Under the pieces are notes generated by a model, which worked only from the letters and a program-made list of their open reading frames with translations, was not told where the DNA came from and did not search any database. A stretch of 64,000 nucleotides of DNA from NCBI GenBank assembly GCA_963734495.1, contig CAVTHK010000003.1, positions 259,660-323,659 on the forward strand, in the 5' to 3' direction. The position numbers were made by a program, and so were the translations under genes. This stretch comes from an uncultured Spirochaetota bacterium (GTDB lineage Bacteria; Spirochaetota; Spirochaetia; SZUA-6; CAVTHK01). This document shows, one piece after another, positions 13,541-22,875 of this stretch; position 1 is the first letter of the stretch; each line of letters opens with the position of its first letter.

Positions 13541-15094
13541 CTACAGCGGGATATTCCCGTGTTTCTTGGGAGGCAGCGCCTCGCTCTTGCTCTTCATGAG
13601 CTCGAGCGCGGCGACGAGCCGCACGCGCGTCTCCGCGGGCCGGATCACCGCGTCGATGTAGCCGCGCTCGGCCGCCAAGTACGGGTTGTAGAGCTGGTTC
13701 TCGTACTCCTCGATCTTCTGCCGGCGCGCGGCCTGCGGGTCGGCGGCGCCGTCGATCTCGCGGCGGTAGATGATGTTGACCGCGCCCTCGGCGCCCATCA
13801 CCGCGATCTCGGCCGTGGGCCAGGCGAAGACCATGTCCGCGCCGAGGTGGCGCGAGCTCATGGCGATGTACGCGCCGCCGTACGCCTTTCGCGTGATGAC
13901 CGTGAGCTTGGGGACCGTAGCCTCGGAGTAGCTCCACAGGAGCTTCGCGCCGTGGCGGATGATGCCGCCCCACTCCTGCTGCGCGCCGGGGAGGTAGCCG
14001 GGGACGTCGACGAACGAGACCAGGGGGATGTTGAAGGCGTCGCAGAAGCGGATAAAGCGGCTCGCCTTGTCGGAGGCGTTGATGTCGAGGCAGCCCGCGA
14101 GCACGGCGGGCTGGTTGCCCACGACGCCTGTCACGTGCCCGGCGATGCGCGCGAAGCCCGTGACGATGTTCTGCGCGTAGGCGGCGCTCGACTCAAAGAA
14201 GCTGTCGCGGTCCACGACCGCGGCGATGACCGCCTTGATGTCGTAGGCGAGGCGCGCGCTGTCGGGGATGATGGCGTCGAGCTCTGGGCACTCGCGGCGC
14301 GGACTGTCCTGGGGCGCCTGGTACGGCGGGTCCTCGATGTTGTTCGACGGGAGGTAGGAGAGCAGCTTCTTGATCTGGGCGATCGTGTCGGCTTCCGTCG
14401 CTCCGGAGAACTGCGCGTTGCCGCTCTTGACGTTGTGGGCCGCCGCGCCGCCGAGGTCCTCGTGCGTCGTGTCCTCGCCCGTGACGGCTTTGATGACCGC
14501 CGGCCCGGTGATGTACATGTAGCTCGTCCGCTCGGTCATGAACGTCCAGTCGGTCATCGCGGGGGAGTACACGGCGCCGCCGGCGCAGGGGCCCATGATC
14601 GCCGAGATCTGCGGGATGACGCCCGAGGCCCGGGCGTTCCTGAAAAAGATGTCGCCGTAGCCCCGCAGCGAGTCGATGCCCTCCTGGATGCGCGCGCCGC
14701 CCGAATCGTTGAACCCCACCACGGGGGAGCCCGACTTGAGCGCGAGGTCGAGGATCTTGCAGATCTTGGCCGAGTGCATCTCACCCAGCGACCCGCCGCG
14801 CGCCGTGAAGTCCTGGAAGAAGGCGAACACCGGCCTTCCGCTGACGAGGCCGTGGCCCGTGACCACCCCGTCGGATGGGATCACCTGCTTGTCCATGCCG
14901 AAACGCGACGCCCGGTGATGCACGAAGCGGTCGATCTCCTGGAACGTGCCCTCGTCGAAGAACAGCGCCACCCGCTCGCGCGCCGACAGCTTTCCCTGCT
15001 TGTGCTGCTTCTCGACCTGGTCGTCGCCGCCCATCTTGAGGGTCTCGCAGTCCCTCTTCGCCAGGTCCTCGATTCTGCTACGGATCGATTCCAT
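13541..15094 (-). CDS. methylmalonyl-CoA / propionyl-CoA carboxyltransferase (12S / beta-subunit type)
   Basis: Intact. ATG at 15094 with GGGAG 5 nt upstream. Stretches typical of the family: LSARERVALFFDEGTF, GFNDSGGARIQEG, PKLTVITRKAYGGAY. Confidence 0.85.
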   Translation of the reverse strand: MESIRSRIEDLAKRDCETLKMGGDDQVEKQHKQGKLSARERVALFFDEGTFQEIDRFVHHRASRFGMDKQVIPSDGVVTGHGLVSGRPVFAFFQDFTARGGSLGEMHSAKICKILDLALKSGSPVVGFNDSGGARIQEGIDSLRGYGDIFFRNARASGVIPQISAIMGPCAGGAVYSPAMTDWTFMTERTSYMYITGPAVIKAVTGEDTTHEDLGGAAAHNVKSGNAQFSGATEADTIAQIKKLLSYLPSNNIEDPPYQAPQDSPRRECPELDAIIPDSARLAYDIKAVIAAVVDRDSFFESSAAYAQNIVTGFARIAGHVTGVVGNQPAVLAGCLDINASDKASRFIRFCDAFNIPLVSFVDVPGYLPGAQQEWGGIIRHGAKLLWSYSEATVPKLTVITRKAYGGAYIAMSSRHLGADMVFAWPTAEIAVMGAEGAVNIIYRREIDGAADPQAARRQKIEEYENQLYNPYLAAERGYIDAVIRPAETRVRLVAALELMKSKSEALPPKKHGNIPL

Positions 15095-15171
15095 TTCTGC
15101 TCCCGGGTCCGCTTGGCCGCTCGAAGATCGGAGGAGCATAGCTAGTTTGCGCAAAAAGAGTCAAGAAAAAG

Positions 15172-15202
15172 CCGTACGCAGCCGTACGGCGGCCTCCGTA
15201 CG
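15172..15202. promoter_or_regulatory. three copies of CCGTACG in the promoter region of the carboxyltransferase operon
   Basis: CCGTACG occurs at 15172, 15182 and 15196. The middle copy is part of the 8-bp palindrome CCGTACGG. Confidence 0.25.
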
Positions 15203-15389
15203 ATATCGCGCGGGCCGCGGCGGGCGGGCGGGACAGCCGGCGGGGCGGGCCGAACGGCGCCTTGACCAGTGTCCGGGCGGGCTGTAGGCTTCCGCAGGCA
15301 CGATCCTCGATGCCCGGACCGGTCGCAGCGGCGGATCGGACCCAGACGAAAGGACAAAAGGCTGCCGGCACGGCCGGTCGAGCTTGCCG

Positions 15390-16820
15390 ATGTACGTCTA
15401 CCGCAGGCTATCCAATGTGCGCCGCGTCGTGTTCTGGCTCGCGGCCGCGCTATACCTCGTCACCTTCCCTGTCATCATCCTCGACGTCACGGGAATCGTG
15501 CTGCGCCCCGCCCAGCGCACGCCGTTCATCCAGACGGGAGCGCTGGAGATCGTCACCCGGCCCGACGGGTGCGAAGTCGTCGTGGATGGCCGGTCCGCCC
15601 GCTCGCTCACGCCGGCCGTCGTCGAAGGATTGCAGCCGGGGCGCCACGACGTGCTGATCCAGGGGCCCGGCGGCGCTTCGTGGCGTGGAGCGATCGAAGT
15701 CGCTCCCGGCGAGGTCACCTCCGTCAAGGGGCTGCCCGTCGCGCTGCCTTCGGTGACGCGGGTCCCGCTTCCCGCGGGCCCGGTGCTCGCTGTGCGCCGC
15801 AGCCTCGTCAGCGCTTCCGTTCTGGTTGCCGGGTCCGAGGAGCCGCGCCTCGCGGTGCTGGACCTCGCCGCGGGGCGCCTGGTGCCCCTGCGCGGGGCGC
15901 CGGTCCGGGGGACGGTCTCGGCGGTGCACCCCATGCTTTCGGACGCGGAGTTCCTCGTCCAGCTCGACCTGGGCAACGGCAGCTCGGCGATGCTCCTCGA
16001 CCAGTCCGCCCTGGGCGGCTGGAGCTCGATCGAGCTGCCCTTCGGCCTGCCCGCGGGGGTCCTCCCGCTCGCCGTCTCCTGGCGTGATCGCGCCGTCATG
16101 TACCTCGACGGCCAGCTCGTCGTTCAGAGGAGCCCCGCGGGCGACCGCACCCTGTTCGCGACGAGCGCCCCGGTCGTGGCCTCGGGGTCGGCCCAGGGAG
16201 GGATGCTGCTGCTCGACAGGGACGGCTGGCTCTATCATCAGGCTCGCTTCCTCGCCCCCCGCGTCGTTTCCAGCTACCGGCTCGGCGCCCTCTCGGCCGT
16301 CGCCGAGGGCGCGCGGGGCAAGATCGTGGCGCAGAAGGGCTCGGTTCTCGTCGTGAAGGCGGGTCAGTCGCTGTTCCTGCTGACCCGCACGCGCGCCGTG
16401 GAAGTGACGGGAGTCGGAGGCGCGGCCTTTGACGAAGTCCGCGAGCGCATCATCGTGTGGAGCGCGAATCGCGTCGGAAGGCTCGACAATCCGTGGATCG
16501 AGAGCGAGCCGCACCCCGGCGCTCCGGCGGCGAAGCAGCCGACGCTCAGCTGGAGCCTGCAGACCGAGGGGCCGGTCGAAAGGGTGATCGCGGTGCGCGA
16601 CGGCGACGCCGTGATCATCGTGACCGACGCCGCTCTGCTCCTCGGGGTGCTGAGCGAGCGGGTCCTGCTCGAGCCGTTCAACATCGCCACCCTCGCGCCC
16701 GGAGGCGTCCGTCCCGTGATCGACGCCTCCGGCGCCGTCGTGCTCGCGGATGGGCCGGGTCCGGCGCAGCTTCTGCGGCTGGCCCCGCCGCCCCTGGCGA
16801 TCCCGGGAGAGCAGCGATGA
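15390..16820 (+). CDS. PEGA-domain membrane-anchored protein
   Basis: N-terminal TM helix, then LEIVTRPDGCEVVVDGRSARSLTPAVVEGLQPGRHDVLI. The stop overlaps the next start (ATGA at 16817-16820). Confidence 0.6.
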   Translation: MYVYRRLSNVRRVVFWLAAALYLVTFPVIILDVTGIVLRPAQRTPFIQTGALEIVTRPDGCEVVVDGRSARSLTPAVVEGLQPGRHDVLIQGPGGASWRGAIEVAPGEVTSVKGLPVALPSVTRVPLPAGPVLAVRRSLVSASVLVAGSEEPRLAVLDLAAGRLVPLRGAPVRGTVSAVHPMLSDAEFLVQLDLGNGSSAMLLDQSALGGWSSIELPFGLPAGVLPLAVSWRDRAVMYLDGQLVVQRSPAGDRTLFATSAPVVASGSAQGGMLLLDRDGWLYHQARFLAPRVVSSYRLGALSAVAEGARGKIVAQKGSVLVVKAGQSLFLLTRTRAVEVTGVGGAAFDEVRERIIVWSANRVGRLDNPWIESEPHPGAPAAKQPTLSWSLQTEGPVERVIAVRDGDAVIIVTDAALLLGVLSERVLLEPFNIATLAPGGVRPVIDASGAVVLADGPGPAQLLRLAPPPLAIPGEQR

Positions 16821-18454
16821 GCTTTGCCTACACTCCATGGCCGGAGGACAAGCGGGCGCGGCGCCTCCAGCGGCTGCTCGACATGCTTCCGGGCCTCGTG
16901 AGCTGGAGCATCATCCTCGGCCTGGCCGCGGTGTCGCTCTTCGCCCCGATCTATGGAGCGGTGGCGCTCGTCGCGTTCCTCTACTACTACGTGTTCCGCA
17001 TCTCCTACGTCGCCGTGTTCCTCATGCTCGGTTTTTTCCAGATCTGGGTCGAGAGGCGCACGGACTGGGTGGCCCGCATCCGCGACCTCTACGACCCGCC
17101 CGCCGAGCCGCAGCCGGTCTCCGGCGTGCGGGCGCGCCTCTCGCTGCGCCGCCACTGGAGCAACCTGCGCGCCCTGCTGCGCGAATCCGAGGGCAAGCCG
17201 CTGCCGAAGCTCGACGATCTGCTGCACGTCGTCCTGATACCGGTGCTGCGCGAGCGGCGCTCCATTTACGAGGAGACGGTGCGCGGCGTCGCGGCGAGCA
17301 CCATGGCGAGCGAGGAGAAGATCGTGGTCGCTCTCGGCGTCGAGGAGCGGGGCGGGGCGGAGGTCCTGGAGGCCTGCCGCGAGGTGCAGCGCGAATGGCG
17401 CGACCGCTTCGTGGATTTCCTCGTGATCGTGCACCCCGACGGGCTGCCCGGCGAGATCCCGGGCAAGGCCTCGAACGACACCTACGCGGCGCGCCAGGTC
17501 GTCGCCTGGCTCGAGGAGCGCGGCACCGACCTGCGCAACGTCGTCCTCACCTGCCTCGATTCCGACACGATGGTCCCGCCGAGCTACTTTGCCTGCCTCA
17601 CCTACGCGTTTCTCGCCTGTCCGGAGAGGCTGCGCGCGAGCTTCCAGCCGATCCCGGTCTTCGATAAGAACCTCTGGTCGGTCCCCGCCCCCGTGCGCAT
17701 CGCCGAGATGAGCACCACGGTCGTGCAGGTGATCGAGAGCACGAACATGGACTGGCTGGTCTCGTTCTCGAGCCACAGCATCAGCCTGTACGGCCTGCGG
17801 GAGGCCGGCTACTGGCCCGTGGACATGGTCGCCGAGGATGCCGCGGGCTACTGGCAGCGCTACGTGCATTTCAGCGGCGACTACCGTGTCGTGCCGATCC
17901 CGGTTTCCGTCTCGATGGACGCCCCCGAAGGCGAAACGTTCCTGCAGACGATGCTCATATCCTACAAGCAGAAGCGCCGCTGGGCGTTCGGGGCCGAGAA
18001 CGTGGCCGTCGCGCTCCGCGGCGTGCTCACGACGCGCGGTCTGGACCTCGCGCGCAAGCTCACCTGCGCGATCAAGCTCATCGACAACTACGTGACCTGG
18101 GCGACGTGGGCCTTCATCCTGAACTTCGTCATCTGGATGCCGCGGCTGGGCGCGCAGATCGCGAAGAGCTCCGCGCTGGCCGTGTTCAACTTCCAGCGCC
18201 TCTCCGGGACCGTGTTCAGCCTCTCCGGGGTCTACCTCGTGCTGCTGGTGGTGATCTCGCTGGCGCTCGCAACTCGCAAGGCCGCGCCCAGGGCGCCGCT
18301 CTGGCGCCTGCTGCTGCACCCCCTGGAATGGCTGCTCTTCCTGCCGATCACTTCGCTGCTCCTCGGCAGCGTTCCCGCGCTCGATGCGCAGACCCGCCTC
18401 ATGCTCGGCAAGCGCCTCGGCTACTTCCCGGTCCCGCACAAGGACAAGGAGTAA
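16817..18454 (+). CDS. integral-membrane processive family-2 glycosyltransferase (polysaccharide synthase-like)
   Basis: Intact 545 aa. DSD at LTCLDSDTM, AED at MVAEDAAGYW, and QKRRW matching the QxxRW processivity motif. TM helices flank the domain. Confidence 0.6.
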   Translation: MSFAYTPWPEDKRARRLQRLLDMLPGLVSWSIILGLAAVSLFAPIYGAVALVAFLYYYVFRISYVAVFLMLGFFQIWVERRTDWVARIRDLYDPPAEPQPVSGVRARLSLRRHWSNLRALLRESEGKPLPKLDDLLHVVLIPVLRERRSIYEETVRGVAASTMASEEKIVVALGVEERGGAEVLEACREVQREWRDRFVDFLVIVHPDGLPGEIPGKASNDTYAARQVVAWLEERGTDLRNVVLTCLDSDTMVPPSYFACLTYAFLACPERLRASFQPIPVFDKNLWSVPAPVRIAEMSTTVVQVIESTNMDWLVSFSSHSISLYGLREAGYWPVDMVAEDAAGYWQRYVHFSGDYRVVPIPVSVSMDAPEGETFLQTMLISYKQKRRWAFGAENVAVALRGVLTTRGLDLARKLTCAIKLIDNYVTWATWAFILNFVIWMPRLGAQIAKSSALAVFNFQRLSGTVFSLSGVYLVLLVVISLALATRKAAPRAPLWRLLLHPLEWLLFLPITSLLLGSVPALDAQTRLMLGKRLGYFPVPHKDKE

Positions 18455-18501
18455 GGCCGCGACCCGTTTCGCCGCCGCATGGCTCGCCTGCCGCGGGGCC
18501 G

Positions 18502-19840
18502 TCAGCCGCCCTTCGCCCCGCCGCCCGCCGCCGGCGCCGGGCGTGTCGCGCAGGCCCTTGCGCCCGCCGCGGCCGAGCAGGCTCGCGCGCGTCAGGCTGG
18601 CGTCCTTCTTCTTTTTGAGCTCCAGGGCGACCTCCTCGATCCTGCGCCTTCGGTCGGAGGGCCTGCCCTGCTCAGGGGGCTCTTCGAAGAGCTCGCCCTG
18701 CATCGGCTGGCCCTGCGCTGGACGCGCGCCCTGCGCTGGCTCGCCCTGCGCCCGGGGCTCGCTTCCGCGGCGGTGCTCGCCCTGCCCGGGGGCCAGGCCC
18801 TGCTCGCGCGCCGCCTCGCCGGCGAGGCCGACGCCGATCAGGCGCACCGGGGTCGCGCCGTCCCAGCGGCGGTCGAGGAGCTCGAGCGCCACCCGGTGGA
18901 TCTCGAGCGCGGAGGCCGGGGGCCGGGCGAGCGTCGTCTGGATCGTGGTGGTCTTGAAGTCGTGCGTGCGCAGCTTGAGGAACAGCGTGCGCGCGGCCTC
19001 GCGCTCCTCGATGACGCGCTCCATGAGCAGCTGCGAGAGCTCGAGGAGGACGGTCCGCAGGTGCTCGCGGTCGACGGTGTCGTGCTCGAAGGTGATCTCG
19101 TGGCTGAGGGAGTGGCTCCGCGGCGTTTCGGAGTGAATCCCGGGGTCTTCGCCGCGCACGCAGCCGTGGAGGAAGCGCGCGGCGCCCTTGCCCAGCATCG
19201 ACGCGAGCTGCGCTTGAGAGAGAGCGCGCAGCTCGGGGATCGTGGTGATGCCCGCCTCGCGCAGCCGCGCCCGCGTCTTTTTCCCCACGCCCCAGAGATC
19301 CTTGAGCGCGAGCCCGTCGAGAAACGCGATCGCCTCCCCTTCGGCGACGCGCACGAGGCCGTCGGGCTTGCCCGCTTCGCAGGCGAGCTTGGCGAGATAG
19401 CGGTTGGGGGCGATGCCGACGGAGACGTTCAGCCCCTCGGCCCCGCGGACCTGGTCCTTCATCCGGCGGCCGACCTCGAGGGAGTCGCCTAACAGCCGCT
19501 CGGTGCCCGAGAGGTCGAGGAAGGCTTCGTCCACCGAGATCTGCTGCAGGTGCGGCGTGTAGCCGGCGAGGATCGCCATGACGTTACGCGATACCTCGAC
19601 GTAGCGGTCCATCCGCGCGGGCACGAAGACGCCCCTGGGACAGCGCCGATACGCCTCCGATATGGGCATCGCCGAGCGCACGCCGAATCGCCGCGCCTCG
19701 TACGAGCACGCGGCGACGACGCCCCGCTGCCCCGGCATCGCGCCGACGATCACGGGTTTCCCGCGCAGCGTGGCGTTGTCCCGCTGCTCCACCGAGGCGT
19801 AGAACGCGTCGAGGTCCACGTGGAAGATCGTGGCGCCCAT
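18502..19840 (-). pseudogene. dinB: DNA polymerase IV; in-frame stop missing, 3-prime end inferred
   Basis: MGATIFHVDLDAFYASVEQRDN, SVDEAFLDL, HhH region. The frame then runs open to 16364. A +1 shift near 18510-18560 would give a stop at 18502-18504. Confidence 0.8.
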
Positions 19841-19952
19841 CGGACCTTCTGGATTACCACGGCAGCGAGCCGGCGCGCAAGGAGCGGGCGAGCTGGGAGC
19901 GGACGAGCCGGGAGCCGGCGGGCGAGGGGCCGCCGCGGCGGGCGCGGGCGCT

Positions 19953-22154
19953 CTACGTGCGGAAGCGGAAGCCGTCGTCCACGATCATGCGGCTGCGCAC
20001 GACGCGGTTCCGGCCGGGAAGCTCGACGCTGGTGGGCATGTCGTCGTAGCGGAGGCGCACCGCCAGCGTGAACGTCTGTCCCTGCGGCAGCGTGAGCTCC
20101 ACCTCGAGCGGCACCGGCGGATAGCGGCCCACGTGGAGCGTGTAGGCCCTGCCCGATTGGTCGCGCGTCGCGGGGAAGCTGGAGTCGTAGAGCAGGAACT
20201 TCTCCTGCGATAGGATCGCGAGCTCGATGCTCTCGGGGTTCCCCCGGGGCTCGATCGCGACCGTGACGTTCTCGCGGTCGAGCATGGGCGTGCTCGCGGC
20301 GCGGATCGTGAGCAGGTCGCCGGGGGCTTCGGCGGGCAGCAGCCGCGACTTCGCCCGGGTGGCCACGGTCTTGACCGAGCCCGATTCGGCATAGCGGATC
20401 CTGCCGAGCGGCGCGGAGCTCGTGACCTCGATGCGGCTGCTCCGGGCCGTCAGGTCGACGTAGCGGGTGACGTCGATGACCTGCGGCCGCAGCGGCCCGA
20501 ACGGGGGGAACGCCAGCGCGGCGGCGAGAAGCGCCACCGACAGCGCGGCCGTGACGGCGGGGGCGGCGCGGCGCACGGCCCGGGTCACGGCTTCGGAGAA
20601 GGGGGCGGACAGCGTCATGTCGAGCAGCAGCAGGACGTAGGGGAGCAGGAGCACCGCCACGACGAAGTTGCCCCTCAACGGAGCCGTCAGCACGATGCGG
20701 CCGGCGTCGCTTCCGGGCTGGAGGATGAGCGCGAGCCCGACGCCGGCGATGCTGGCCGGCGCGAGCACGAGGCAGAGCAGCCGCAGCCAGGTCCAGCGGG
20801 TGGCCTCGTAGAGGAAGACGAAGAACACCGGCCACAGCAGGATGACGGCCAGCGAGACGTTCGCGGCCGCGACGACCATGAGCCCGAAGATCAGCACAAG
20901 GAGCGCGGAAGCAGGGAAAAAGCGCTCCGGGATCCGCTCGAGCCATGGGCCGGCATGTCGCAGCAGCAGCCGGCTCGCCACGATCAGAAGGAATGCGGCG
21001 CCTGACACCTTGAGCGCCAGAAAGAGGCCGGGAGAGGCCTTCCACAGGTCCCGCACGCCGCGAAGCGCCTCCACCGCGTACACGAGCCCCGTGGCGGCAA
21101 GGAGGAACGCGAAGGTCGCCGCGAACAGGATCGGCAGGAGCCAGAGGTGCTCGCCGGTGATGACGATGTCTTCGGTGAGCCGTCGCCTCGCGAGCTGTAT
21201 GTAGACCACCGAGACTGCGAACACGGCCAGCAGCAGGAGCAGGTAGTCGCGCTCCGAAAGGAAGTAATGGCGCGAGCCGATCCGGAACAGGAGGTAGTGC
21301 CTGTCCCAGGACTGCGGGATGCCGCCGCGGCTGGCCTCCAGGAAGCGGCTCCAGAACGCCGCGAAGGCTCCTGCGAACTCGCGATCGTTTCCGGCCGCTC
21401 CCGTGTACTCGCCTTCGATGGCGACCGCCGGATAGCCGTTGCGAAGAAATGGGCCGACCGGCGTCCGCAACTTGACCAGGCCCGCGCGGACGAGCTGGAT
21501 CTCGTTGCCGTCCGCGCGGGCGTCCAGGCCCGCCTCGCCGAGCGCCCCGAGGGTGCGCCGGAGGAGCCACAGCGGCGCGACCAGCCCCTCGGAGCCGGCC
21601 CGCACCACGACGCGCTCGGGGACGGCGTCGAGGTTGAGGTAGAGCGCGAGCACGGGGTTCTCGGGGTAGTAGCCTTCGAGGAAGAGGCGGCTGCTCATCG
21701 GGTAGGCGTCGCCTTCGCCCTGCTCCGCGCCCAGGAAAAGGATCTGGATCGTGAGCGGCGGCCGCGAGGACGCGGCCTGCCGGGCGGTCTCGAGAGCGAG
21801 CGCCAGGCCGATCGAATCGTCCCTCCCGGGCTCGGGCTGCTGCGCGGTGTCGATCGGGACGCAGAGCAGGACCGTATCGGGGCGTCCGCCCGGGATCGTC
21901 GCCACCACGGAAGAGGCGAAGGAGTGCATGACCTCGGAGTCCCGGAAGTCCTGGATGCTGTAGGCGACCCTCATCTGCGAGAGGCGGTCCCGCAGCAGGT
22001 CCACCAGCTTGCGCGAGTTCTCCGACCCTTCAGGGCGCGGAGCGAGCGCGCGGATGGCGGCGAGATCCTTGTCGAACTCGTGCCACGCGGCTTCGCACCA
22101 CGAGCGAGGAGACCACAGGAGGAGCAGAGCAGCGACGGTCAGAATGAGCCGCAT
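19953..22154 (-). CDS. M28-family peptidase domain fused to a multi-pass membrane domain
   Basis: Intact. Signal peptide, then a peptidase-like N-terminal half (VVATIPGGRPDTVLLCVPID, ILFLGAEQGEGDAYP), followed by about 8 hydrophobic helices. Confidence 0.6.
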   Translation of the reverse strand: MRLILTVAALLLLWSPRSWCEAAWHEFDKDLAAIRALAPRPEGSENSRKLVDLLRDRLSQMRVAYSIQDFRDSEVMHSFASSVVATIPGGRPDTVLLCVPIDTAQQPEPGRDDSIGLALALETARQAASSRPPLTIQILFLGAEQGEGDAYPMSSRLFLEGYYPENPVLALYLNLDAVPERVVVRAGSEGLVAPLWLLRRTLGALGEAGLDARADGNEIQLVRAGLVKLRTPVGPFLRNGYPAVAIEGEYTGAAGNDREFAGAFAAFWSRFLEASRGGIPQSWDRHYLLFRIGSRHYFLSERDYLLLLLAVFAVSVVYIQLARRRLTEDIVITGEHLWLLPILFAATFAFLLAATGLVYAVEALRGVRDLWKASPGLFLALKVSGAAFLLIVASRLLLRHAGPWLERIPERFFPASALLVLIFGLMVVAAANVSLAVILLWPVFFVFLYEATRWTWLRLLCLVLAPASIAGVGLALILQPGSDAGRIVLTAPLRGNFVVAVLLLPYVLLLLDMTLSAPFSEAVTRAVRRAAPAVTAALSVALLAAALAFPPFGPLRPQVIDVTRYVDLTARSSRIEVTSSAPLGRIRYAESGSVKTVATRAKSRLLPAEAPGDLLTIRAASTPMLDRENVTVAIEPRGNPESIELAILSQEKFLLYDSSFPATRDQSGRAYTLHVGRYPPVPLEVELTLPQGQTFTLAVRLRYDDMPTSVELPGRNRVVRSRMIVDDGFRFRT

Positions 22155-22185
22155 GGCCACTTCGAAGGATAGCGCATCTCCCCGC

Positions 22186-22269
22186 CGCAGTGGAAGGTGC
22201 CGCCCCTCCCGCTCCCGACCGCCTCGCCCCTGCGCCGCCCCTCCGCCGCCGCGCAGTGGAAGGTGCCGC
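22186..22269. repeat. 18-nt direct repeat CGCAGTGGAAGGTGCCGC, two copies 66 bp apart, in a divergent promoter region
   Basis: Identical copies at 22186-22203 and 22252-22269, between the M28 gene and the nitroreductase gene. Confidence 0.6.
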
Positions 22270-22301
22270 GACGAGGCGATAGAGTATACGAGGAGCCTCC
22301 C

Positions 22302-22811
22302 ATGGACGTGCTACCGGAGATCCTTCAGAGGAGAAGCGCCCGCAGCTTCAAGGACCAGGCGGTCGAGAAGTCCAAGCTCGAGCGCATCCTGAAGGCCGCG
22401 CAGCTCGCACCCTCGGCGAAGAACCGGCAGGAGTGGCGCTTCGTCGTTGCGCAGAAGGCCGCCGACAAGGAGGCCCTGAGCCGCGCGGCGTTCGGCCAGG
22501 CGTTCGTCCGGCAGGCCGGCGCCGTCATCGCGCTGTGCCCGACGAACGTCGACTACCGCATGCCCAACGGGCAGCTCTCCTACCCCATCGACCTGGCCAT
22601 GGCCGCCGCGTTCATGGCGCTGCAGGCCACGCGCGAAGGGCTGGCAAGCTGCATGGTAACCACGTTCGACGAGCAGGAAGTGCGCGATGCGTTGTCGGTG
22701 CCCTTCACCATCCCGGTCGTGATGCTGCTCGTGCTGGGCTACGCCGATCAGGAGCCGGAGCCGCAGGCGCGCAAGCCGCTGCGCGAGATCAGCTCCTACG
22801 GCCACTGGTGA
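22302..22811 (+). CDS. nitroreductase family protein
   Basis: MDVLPEILQRRSARSFKD...APSAKNRQEWRFVV. GAGGAG lies 7 nt upstream of the ATG at 22302. Confidence 0.8.
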   Translation: MDVLPEILQRRSARSFKDQAVEKSKLERILKAAQLAPSAKNRQEWRFVVAQKAADKEALSRAAFGQAFVRQAGAVIALCPTNVDYRMPNGQLSYPIDLAMAAAFMALQATREGLASCMVTTFDEQEVRDALSVPFTIPVVMLLVLGYADQEPEPQARKPLREISSYGHW

Positions 22812-22875
22812 AGCCTGGCCGGTGAGGCCGGCCGATGAAGCAGGCTGGTGACGCGGCGCGCTTCCTGCCTGACGC

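Noticed and set aside
16364-18500. C-terminal 700 aa of the 1158-aa minus-strand ORF
   Set aside because: This is read-through of dinB after loss of its stop. It is antisense to two intact, motif-bearing genes and has a non-protein-like composition.
22197-22301. Upstream ATG extension of the nitroreductase gene
   Set aside because: The extension is Pro/Ala/Arg-rich and covers the 18-nt direct repeat. The ATG at 22302 has a GAGGAG ribosome-binding site and matches the usual family N-terminus.
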